Source: Deltaproteobacteria bacterium
GTDB lineage: Bacteria; Desulfobacterota; Syntrophobacteria; Syntrophobacterales; Syntrophobacteraceae
NCBI GenBank assembly: GCA_021777755.1
Contig: JAJYDE010000008.1
Span: forward strand, 14,984 to 78,983
Direction: 5' to 3'
Length of the DNA stretch: 64,000 nt
Both the position numbers and the translations under genes were made by a program. The notes under the pieces were generated by a model, which saw nothing but the letters and a program-made list of their open reading frames with translations, did not search any database and was not told the origin of the DNA. Shown here in pieces: positions 37,852 through 45,668 of this stretch (the first letter of the stretch is position 1; every line of letters begins with the position of its first letter).

Positions 37852-39133
37852 TCTTATCCTGTTGCACTATGTAATGTCTAGGATCTGAAAAGCGGGGTCC
37901 ATTAATAATCGGACTAGCCTCGGTGGTTCCGAATAAGTTTGTGTAGTCACCATGAAAGCCATCGCATATAGGCTTTATCGAACAATTATCACAGACCGGG
38001 GCATAGGAGTATTTGCAATGTACCGAAGCTCTCATTTGCGCATTTTTACGGTAAAGCTCATCAATGCCTAGTGTTTTAGATGGAGTGACAACTACTCGCA
38101 ATTTGTGGTAAACGGAGAGAAGATACTTGCGCAGATCCGGGGTAGCGCGTGTAACACCATTTATGAAGTGAACGACTGATTTAGATAATAGACCATATTT
38201 AGTCAAATCGAAGGTCACATCGCTCAGGGAAACAGTGGGAGTGGGGCATCCATCTCTCATGCGTTGCGGCTGGAGGCCTGTCCACGACCATGAGGCATAG
38301 TCCCATTCATGGGTATCATAGGGGAGCTGCTGGAAGTTGTAGATAGATTTTCTATGCCTCTCACTAACAATGCAAAACGGAATATAGCGGACGTTGCACT
38401 CGATGCCAGCATCATCTAAAATATCCAAAGCAGCATCTAGATTTGGTTTGATATCGCTGTATCGAGGTACGTTTTCGGATGATCTCTTGTCTGAATTTTG
38501 CTGATCCTCAAATGGGTTGAAAGCGATAAAATTTACGACACGGGCTCCAGAGTTTATCGCCAGATGTGAGATTTCTCTGATTTGTGGAAGCGCTTCCTTT
38601 GAAAGCACGCAATTAAAGCGAAATGGAAGGCCAATTTTCTGCAGATTTTCCAGAGCCTTCATCTGCCTCGCATGAGCTCCTGGCACACCAACAATTTTGC
38701 TGTAGGTTTCACCAATGCCATGAACGCTGATGAGAAGATCGCGAATCCCTGAGTCAATGAGCCTTTGGCATTTGTCATAGTTATCGAGCACTATGGCATT
38801 GGTGATAAGAGTTGGAATCAGCCCGATATCACGACAATAGCGAACCAGTTCGTAGATATCGGGGTAGATCATAGGCTCTCCTCCCTGTATATCAATGGCG
38901 CAATTAGCATAGTGATCGACAAGCGTAGTGCATATCTGTTTTGCTTTATCGAGAGACATAAATGGATGCTCAGGGTGGTCTTTTTTTGCAATTCGATCCA
39001 GAAAATAGCAGAAATGGCAGCGCAAATTGCAAGTCTGTCCTAACCAGAGCACTCCCCTTCGGGTCAAAACCCGGCGCCTCGATTTTTGATATTCCGCGAT
39101 GCCAGAGTCAATAAAAATTTCATGCGAAATCAT
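37817..39133 (-). CDS. radical SAM enzyme with SPASM/twitch-like C-terminal Cys motif (low-GC paralogue)
   Basis: 438 aa. Carries CNLRCHFC (CX3CX2C), DIQGGEPMI and a C-terminal CDNCSIKPICDG. Its tail aligns with that of the 33449-34618 product. Confidence 0.8.
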   Translation of the reverse strand: MISHEIFIDSGIAEYQKSRRRVLTRRGVLWLGQTCNLRCHFCYFLDRIAKKDHPEHPFMSLDKAKQICTTLVDHYANCAIDIQGGEPMIYPDIYELVRYCRDIGLIPTLITNAIVLDNYDKCQRLIDSGIRDLLISVHGIGETYSKIVGVPGAHARQMKALENLQKIGLPFRFNCVLSKEALPQIREISHLAINSGARVVNFIAFNPFEDQQNSDKRSSENVPRYSDIKPNLDAALDILDDAGIECNVRYIPFCIVSERHRKSIYNFQQLPYDTHEWDYASWSWTGLQPQRMRDGCPTPTVSLSDVTFDLTKYGLLSKSVVHFINGVTRATPDLRKYLLSVYHKLRVVVTPSKTLGIDELYRKNAQMRASVHCKYSYAPVCDNCSIKPICDGFHGDYTNLFGTTEASPIINGPRFSDPRHYIVQQDKIVEREDYEWSL

Positions 39134-39172
39134 AGTTATTCCCCCAGTAGTGTGTAATTAGGTTTATTTAAG

Positions 39173-40582
39173 CTAATTTCCATTATCCAAAGACTGGGTG
39201 GTGTTTATTAGGAAGGCGCCAGTAAAATAATTATACATACCGGGAGAAAATTCCCTCGGCTCCATTTCGGCAAAAGTCAATACTCGGCTGCGGAAATGAA
39301 AATCGGAATTGACAACGCACGCCCTGAGATTTCTTTGGTCGGTCTGGAACTGGAGGTCGGGTTGCTGGTCATCGCTTGTGGCCACCATATCGGTTTGATC
39401 CGCAGAGCAGAGAATATCCCAATTATGGTAGTCTCTGGTGGTGAAATCGGGAGGGAATCTACCATTTTGGGCGCCGCAACGCCAATTGTCGTACTTTTCT
39501 GAAATCATGGCGTTTGCCTGGTATTTCTCGATGAAAACGCTTTCCTTGACTTCCATCAAGACGCTCCACCGGATGTGCCGGGGGCTTATGAACTCCAAAT
39601 CCCATTGCTGTACGATCGGAAATGAAAAAAACTCTCCCACGCATTTTATGTGTCGATCATTTACAGTGATGCATTTCCAGACCGCCCTCGTCGAGTCGTT
39701 CCAGAAAACGGTATTTTTGACGCCGGGCTGACTTATAAGCATGGAGGTGTAGAGGCCGAATCTTTTGGTTATTTCCATGTTTTTCCAATACACCATGGCC
39801 TTGCCATTGTTGAATATCACCACCAGATCGTCATATTTGACGACCGTTGTGCCGGCGGCATCTCCCAGCATCTGCAGATAGCTCCCCATGGCGCTGTCGG
39901 GCGGGCCGCTGGTTACCACCTTGCCTTTGTTCAAAAGCATCACTTCGTCGCATATATTGCTTACCAGTCCCAAGTCATGAGAGACAAAGACCACGGTTTT
40001 CCTGCGGTTACGGAATTCCAGGAATTTGTTAAGGCATTTGCGCTGAAAACTCTCGTCGCCGACCGCGAGAACTTCGTCAACCAGCAGGATATCGGCATCT
40101 GTATGGACCGCCACCGAGAAGCCCAACCGGGTCATCATGCCCGATGAGTACTTGACTATCGGCATGTCAATGAAATCGGCAAGCTCTGAAAATTCGACGA
40201 TTCGATCGTATTTTGCCGCCACTTGCTTCTTGGTGAGACCCATCAAGGCGCCATTTAGAAAAATGTTTTCACGCCCGGTAAGTTCGGTGTGGAACCCGGC
40301 GCTCAATTCTATCATCGGGGCGATCCGGCCGGCGACCTTCAACTGCCCCCTGTCGGGGAAGGTGACTCTTGCCAGGATTTTTAGAATCGTACTCTTGCCA
40401 GCGCCGTTGGGTCCGATGACGCCAAATACCGAACCCTGTTTGACCTCGAAATTGACATTATGGAGGGCCCAAAAATCCGACTTCTTGTCACGAAAGCCCG
40501 ATGTGGAAAAAAATCTCTTGAAGGGACTCCAATTCTGGGTGTTGTATTTCTTGCACAGATTTAAACCTTCTATAACGATCAT
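39173..40582 (-). CDS. wzt: Wzt/TagH-type polysaccharide ABC exporter ATPase with ~220-aa extra C-terminal domain
   Basis: 469 aa. ALHNVNFEVKQGSVFGVIGPNGAGKST, YSSGMMTRLGF and LLVDEVLAVGD are typical of Wzt/TagH. Residues from about 246 to 469 form an unrecognised beta-rich, Trp-rich domain. Confidence 0.85.
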   Translation of the reverse strand: MIVIEGLNLCKKYNTQNWSPFKRFFSTSGFRDKKSDFWALHNVNFEVKQGSVFGVIGPNGAGKSTILKILARVTFPDRGQLKVAGRIAPMIELSAGFHTELTGRENIFLNGALMGLTKKQVAAKYDRIVEFSELADFIDMPIVKYSSGMMTRLGFSVAVHTDADILLVDEVLAVGDESFQRKCLNKFLEFRNRRKTVVFVSHDLGLVSNICDEVMLLNKGKVVTSGPPDSAMGSYLQMLGDAAGTTVVKYDDLVVIFNNGKAMVYWKNMEITKRFGLYTSMLISQPGVKNTVFWNDSTRAVWKCITVNDRHIKCVGEFFSFPIVQQWDLEFISPRHIRWSVLMEVKESVFIEKYQANAMISEKYDNWRCGAQNGRFPPDFTTRDYHNWDILCSADQTDMVATSDDQQPDLQFQTDQRNLRACVVNSDFHFRSRVLTFAEMEPREFSPGMYNYFTGAFLINTTQSLDNGN

Positions 40583-40592
40583 AAATCATTTC

Positions 40593-41363
40593 TCACATCA
40601 CATCAGCGAAGTTTTTTTCCAGCTTTCTGAACACGGCATAACCAAGCAAAAAAAGAATTACTCCAGCAAGCATGACTCTGGATAACATACCGATATCGGG
40701 CGGTGTGCCAAAAACGAGAATGCGCCTGTACGAGTCCACCAGTCCGGCAACCGGATTCATGATGTAGATGGTTCTCCATCTTGCTGGAACCGCATTCAAC
40801 TGATACATTACCGGAGAAGCAAGCATCCAAAACTGCATAATAAGCGGTATCCCAATCACAAGATCTCTACCATAAACGGCAGCAGATGATACTAAAAGCA
40901 CAAGGCCAAATGAAACAAAAATCTGAATAACAATTAAAAGTGGAAGATATAAGACCATGGATGTTATTGGGACATGATAGTACACAGCCAATGGAAAATA
41001 CAGTAAAAGCGGGATGAAAAGATCAATAACAGATACAATTACGGAGGCTGCAGGAAACATTTCTCTGGGGCAGTAGATTTTTTTAATAATATGAGAATTG
41101 GATATGAAGCTATATGTTCCTGCGATTATAGAATTCGAAAAGCATGACCAGGGAATAAGTGCGGAACAAATTAGCAACGAATGTGGAACTTTCTCGCCTT
41201 TGACTCCGAGAAACCTATATATCATCACGAAGAGAGCCGTCAAAACCAGCGGTTGAATAAAGGCCCAAGCCGGACCCAGCAAAGATCGCCTGTAGCGCAC
41301 GATCAGCTCTCGACGAACAAGAGCCAGCATCAGATCCTTCTTGCTTAGGATGTCGGAAATCAT
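40593..41363 (-). CDS. wzm: ABC-2 type polysaccharide exporter permease (Wzm/TagG-like)
   Basis: 256 aa with 6 hydrophobic spans. The N-terminal LVRRELIVRYRRSLLGPAWAFIQPL is the ABC-2 Wzm signature. It lies directly upstream of wzt. Confidence 0.85.
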   Translation of the reverse strand: MISDILSKKDLMLALVRRELIVRYRRSLLGPAWAFIQPLVLTALFVMIYRFLGVKGEKVPHSLLICSALIPWSCFSNSIIAGTYSFISNSHIIKKIYCPREMFPAASVIVSVIDLFIPLLLYFPLAVYYHVPITSMVLYLPLLIVIQIFVSFGLVLLVSSAAVYGRDLVIGIPLIMQFWMLASPVMYQLNAVPARWRTIYIMNPVAGLVDSYRRILVFGTPPDIGMLSRVMLAGVILFLLGYAVFRKLEKNFADVM

Positions 41364-41623
41364 GATTGCTGTACCTTGCCGGTTGGCGCAAAAAGAGATC
41401 CGCGCACTTGCGCGGTCGAGCCTGATTGTGAAAGCAAAAAGTTTGCCAATTGCGCCCCTTCAGGTGGCCCGGAGCCACCATCGTAATTCGTCATACAAGA
41501 GAAACTCGCCAACCCGCGCGATAAGCAAGCCCTGCTGTAGTGTAGGTGCCGGTCTGTTCGGTCCCGCTTGCCGTTTCGAGAGTCGGCGAAATGCGCATTG
41601 GCGCCAGGCTCTCCTGTGGTCGA

Positions 41624-42475
41624 TCACGGCTCACCGCCCAAAACACAATTATCAATCAACCGCGTCTTGCCCACCCACACGGCCAAAGCCAGTAGCGTCG
41701 GGCCGTCCACGATCTCCACATCCTCGATGGTCTCGGTGTTGCAAAGCCTCGCGTAATCTATGACGGCGCCACCGCCTTCGCTGATGCGATCGCTTACGGC
41801 CTTTAAAATTGCCCCGGCGTCCTTTTGCCCCGCGTTCACCAACTGTCTGGCAAGTTCGAGTGAGCGGGAAAGGCGCAGGGCGATCGGGCGCTCGTCCGGT
41901 GTGAGGTAGGTGTTTCGGCTGCTCATGGCCAGGCCGTCTTCTTCGCGCACGATCGGATGGCCCACGATTTCGACATCCATGTTCAAATCCTTGACCATGC
42001 GCCGGATGGTCACAAGCTGCTGGAAGTCCTTTTGGCCGAAAACGGCCGCGTGGGGTTTCACGGCGTTAAAGAGCTTGGTCACAACCGTTGCCACACCTCG
42101 AAAGAAAATCGGACGGCTCGCGCCGCACAGATTTTTGGTAACGCGGCCAACCTCGACACAGGTCTGGAACCCTTCGGGATACATCTGCTCGGCGGAAGGG
42201 GTAAAAGCAATATCCGTGCCGATTTTCGCGCTAAGATCGAGGTCGCGCCGAAGGTCTCGCGGATAGCTTGCAAAGTCCTCGGTCGGGGCGAACTGGGCGG
42301 GATTTACGAAAATGCTGATCACGCTCTTTGTTCCCAGGCCCCTGGCGGTGCGCAAAAGGCTCAAATGCCCTTCGTGCAAAAATCCCATCGTGGGGACGAA
42401 TGCAATTTTTTCTCCCTCGGCGCGCCAGGCTTCAGCCAGCCGCCGCATCTCGGCAACATTTTCGACAATGCGCAT
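41624..42475 (-). CDS. panC: pantoate--beta-alanine ligase
   Basis: 283 aa. Carries VPTMGFLHEGHLSL, FVNPAQF and FGQKDFQQ. Confidence 0.95.
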   Translation of the reverse strand: MRIVENVAEMRRLAEAWRAEGEKIAFVPTMGFLHEGHLSLLRTARGLGTKSVISIFVNPAQFAPTEDFASYPRDLRRDLDLSAKIGTDIAFTPSAEQMYPEGFQTCVEVGRVTKNLCGASRPIFFRGVATVVTKLFNAVKPHAAVFGQKDFQQLVTIRRMVKDLNMDVEIVGHPIVREEDGLAMSSRNTYLTPDERPIALRLSRSLELARQLVNAGQKDAGAILKAVSDRISEGGGAVIDYARLCNTETIEDVEIVDGPTLLALAVWVGKTRLIDNCVLGGEP

Positions 42476-42932
42476 TTGGGCAACTCCTCATGGCAGGGAC
42501 GTCGGGCGAATGTTGGAGCGCGCCACGCCCCCGTACCCCGGCATTTCCGCACCGGAGCGGAAATCGTGAAAACCGCCGATCCCGTTCGCAGTTTACTATA
42601 TTTGACGCCGATATTTGATAGTAAATTTTTTACAGTCATTTTGGAAAAAGAAGACCACGGAGCCTGTATACGTGAAATCGAGCGGCCCTGCAACCGCTGC
42701 CGAAATTTAGGGAAAAAAAGAGAGCCCCGCTCGAAGGATTAGGGCTTTACCGCGGGAATTTTTCCCGCGGATCCTGTAAAATAACAAGCAGAAATGATAT
42801 AAGATTTGTGCGCGATATGGTTCGATCTTTAAGTTCAAAAGACAAGAGCGCCACATCCTTTGAAATCTCGGCTGTCCGCGACAATCCCCTCGTTTGTCGG
42901 GGGCGGAAAGGCACAGGGCGGGACGGGTGTCG

Positions 42933-43562
42933 ATGAAAAAAGTGCTGATCGTTTGTTTGTTTCTATTGCCGGGCGTTCTTTTGAGACCGCTTTTCGCCGC
43001 CACCCCGGCGATGATCGGTAAAAACCTCTTCTCCCAGGACCGCAAGCCTCCATCTCCCAACGCCGACTCGACGGCCCCCGGCCGAGTCGGCGCGGGCACT
43101 GCCATAGGAAACATTCAACTGGACGGTGTGATCTTTCGCAATAGTGCCAAGACGGCGGTTTTGCGGCTGAAAAATGTCAGTGGCTTGAACCAGGCCGCCC
43201 ATCCCGAGTCGCCATTCGTTTCGGTTCGCGTGGGAGAGATGGTCGATGATTTCCGGGTGACAAAAATCGATCTTCGAAGCGTCACTCTGGAACGAAGCGG
43301 CCAGTCATACACTGTGGGGCTTTTTGCCAATAACAAGGTCGCCGCTCCCGCATCCCCGCCTCCAACCGCGAATGCGGCTTCCAACGGAAAGCCGCAGCCT
43401 CTGCCCGGCCGGGCCGGCGTGAAGCCGGGGCTTCCCAACGGCGCCATGTTTCATCCCCAAAACTTGGGGCAGGCCATGAGACCCCCGCTGACAATGCCCC
43501 ACGGCCGCCCCCCCGTCAGTCTTCCCGTCACTCGCGCTGCAACGGGCACCGGGACAAAATAA
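42933..43562 (+). CDS. secreted protein with PilP/GspC-like beta domain and Pro/Ala-rich tail
   Basis: ATG 42933 gives the signal peptide MKKVLIVCLFLLPGVLL. GVIFRNSAKTAVLRLKN...VRVGEMVDDFRVTKIDLRSVTLERSGQSYTV resembles the small beta domain of PilP/GspC. The C-terminus is low-complexity and proline-rich. Weak assignment. Confidence 0.45.
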   Translation: MKKVLIVCLFLLPGVLLRPLFAATPAMIGKNLFSQDRKPPSPNADSTAPGRVGAGTAIGNIQLDGVIFRNSAKTAVLRLKNVSGLNQAAHPESPFVSVRVGEMVDDFRVTKIDLRSVTLERSGQSYTVGLFANNKVAAPASPPPTANAASNGKPQPLPGRAGVKPGLPNGAMFHPQNLGQAMRPPLTMPHGRPPVSLPVTRAATGTGTK

Positions 43563-43905
43563 TCGCCGGACGGCCAAAGGAGTAATGGAAGGCGAGCAAT
43601 AAGGCAATCCCCCCTCGCCCCCCTTTGCAAAGAGGGGCGATCGAGCCTTGCACCCGGCACCGCCATGAAGCCCCGATTCAAGGCATGAGTGCAACCGAAG
43701 TCTTCTCCACACAATGCGGCGTTTCGTCGTTTCACGGCCGCGCCTGAATTCCCAACGCTTTTTCATTCGATTGTCCCGACGGGCGCGCGCGGTTTGGTGG
43801 ACTTCATCGGAAGCTGTGTGATAAGGTCTGAGGCCTTATGGCGTTTTACCGACAACAGATCCTGATAGTGTGTGCAAATGCGGTTTTGTGGACGCCGGAG
43901 GGGGG

Positions 43906-44655
43906 ATGACAGCGATGGATGCAGCGGTATCCAGCGGGACAGAGTGCCGGGCTGATGAGCGGGAGCGCGTTTGCCAGCTGTGCGGCTTGAACGGGGGAGG
44001 CGAACTGAGGCCGGGGGTGCTGGTCAGGCCCGCGGTTGGTGAATTGATCCGGCGTGAATTTGGCACTTGGGATGAAAAGGGCTGGATTTGCGAAAAGGAC
44101 CTCCAGAAGTATCGCTGCAGATATGTGGAGGGGTTCATTGAAACCGAAAAAGGCAAACTCACCGATATCGAGCGGGAAGTCATCGACAGCATAAGAAAAC
44201 AGGACATCCTTGCGACCAATCCCATCGAAGAGGCCGACAAAAAGCTGGCCCCCGGCGACAGGATGGCCGACCGGATTGCGGATTTCGGCGGCAGTTGGAC
44301 CTTCATTTTCATCTTCTTCGGGATCCTTGTGGGCTGGATGGTTGTAAATACCCTCATTTTAGCACTTCACCCGTTCGACCCCTATCCTTACATACTTCTC
44401 AACCTGGTGCTCTCCTGCCTTGCGGCCATCCAGGCGCCCATAATCATGATGAGTCAGAAACGGCAGGAGACCCGCGACCGCTCGCGGGCGCTGCACGACT
44501 ATCAGGTCAACCTCAAGGCGGAGCTCGAAATTCGCCACCTGCACCAAAAGGTGGACCACCTCTTGACTCACCAATGGGAAATGCTTCTGGAGATTCAGGA
44601 GACGCAGAGAGACTTTCTCGATGCACTGGGGGATTTCAAGCGCAATCGGCCCTGA
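43906..44655 (+). CDS. DUF1003-family membrane protein
   Basis: ATG 43906 lies 5 nt after GGAGG. ADRIADFGGSWTFIFIF...PYPYILLNLVLSCLAAIQAPIIMMSQKRQ is the DUF1003 core. The N-terminal region has Cys pairs (CQLCG, C...C). Confidence 0.75.
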   Translation: MTAMDAAVSSGTECRADERERVCQLCGLNGGGELRPGVLVRPAVGELIRREFGTWDEKGWICEKDLQKYRCRYVEGFIETEKGKLTDIEREVIDSIRKQDILATNPIEEADKKLAPGDRMADRIADFGGSWTFIFIFFGILVGWMVVNTLILALHPFDPYPYILLNLVLSCLAAIQAPIIMMSQKRQETRDRSRALHDYQVNLKAELEIRHLHQKVDHLLTHQWEMLLEIQETQRDFLDALGDFKRNRP

Positions 44656-44909
44656 ATTCGAAAGCCTCGGGCGCCCGGTGCAACCCCATGGACTTTGCCT
44701 ACTTCAATTTTCGGCCCGGAAGGCTTACCCGACGCGGAAGCCATGCCCCGGCGGATTGAAAAAATTTTCCGATCGGAGTGGATTCATCGTTTTCTTCCTA
44801 AAGTTCTTCGGGAAAAAATCCGATACACATTAGGCCATACTTACCGATTGCACCGTGACAGTTTCCGCGGCACAGTCCGTGTTTGCGGCGGAAATGGGAG
44901 GTTTAGACG

Positions 44910-45221
44910 ATGAGCATCGGAGCACTCAATACTTCCACGTTCACTCCGTTTCTGGATCCGGGGAAAGATCCCCCCTGGGGCCCAAGAGATCTTGACAAGC
45001 TCAAGCTTTTCATGGACCAGGGTATTCCGACCGCCGAAATTGCAAAGCAACTCGGGACAACCGTCAGTGATGTTCAACAGATGGTGGAGGCCTTGAAGCA
45101 GTTGTCCGGCGATAACGCCCCCGCGGCAGCTTCCGCGAGCATGGAGGCGACAAATCAACCCGGCGGCAATAATGCGGGCCCGAGTCAAATCACCGGCCAA
45201 AATGTGGACCTCAAAGCTTAG
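44910..45221 (+). CDS. hypothetical small protein with putative HTH
   Basis: 103 aa with GGGAGG 9 nt upstream. LKLFMDQGIPTAEIAKQLGTTVSDVQQMV looks like a helix-turn-helix, and the C-terminus looks disordered. No family recognised. Confidence 0.45.
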   Translation: MSIGALNTSTFTPFLDPGKDPPWGPRDLDKLKLFMDQGIPTAEIAKQLGTTVSDVQQMVEALKQLSGDNAPAAASASMEATNQPGGNNAGPSQITGQNVDLKA

Positions 45222-45668
45222 CGAGTCCTCGGGGCGTTTGAATTTCTCCAATGGCTCAGGCGTGCGATCGGGGATGTGTGCCACAGAATTTGCTGGCGAC
45301 ATTTCCACCGGTTTCCAAGCGCGCTCCAACCGGATGCCTTCTCCCCCCCACGTTTAAGATCGCCCGGCGGCAAGACTCACCGAAACTTGTTTCCGGTGCC
45401 GGGAAAACTTTGTGCGCGGTCCCGAGATCTCGTATCAGGTTTTAAGAGACCGCTTTCGTAGCTTTCTACGTTCCAAGCGATCCTTCCGGACATCGGATTT
45501 GCGTCGATTCAAACCTGTTAAAGGCGATTGGTCCTTGCCCTGGACTCCCCGGCCGTGTTTTTGCGGCACATAAATTGCTTCTTCGCTTCCGGTGAAAATG
45601 AGGACGCAGGTGGTGAAGAATGCCGTCAAAATTTTGAATCCACGGAGCATGTGAGGAGCACCTTTTAT

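Larger units (their letters stand above)
33009..41363. other. accessory glycan modification/export gene block (epimerase remnant, 2x radical-SAM->GT2, methyltransferase, Wzm/Wzt)
   Basis: A contiguous non-housekeeping block between ppiD and panC. The genes converge at 36433-36735. G+C drops to 32-40% in hand-counted samples from 36.7-41.3 kb. Confidence 0.7.
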
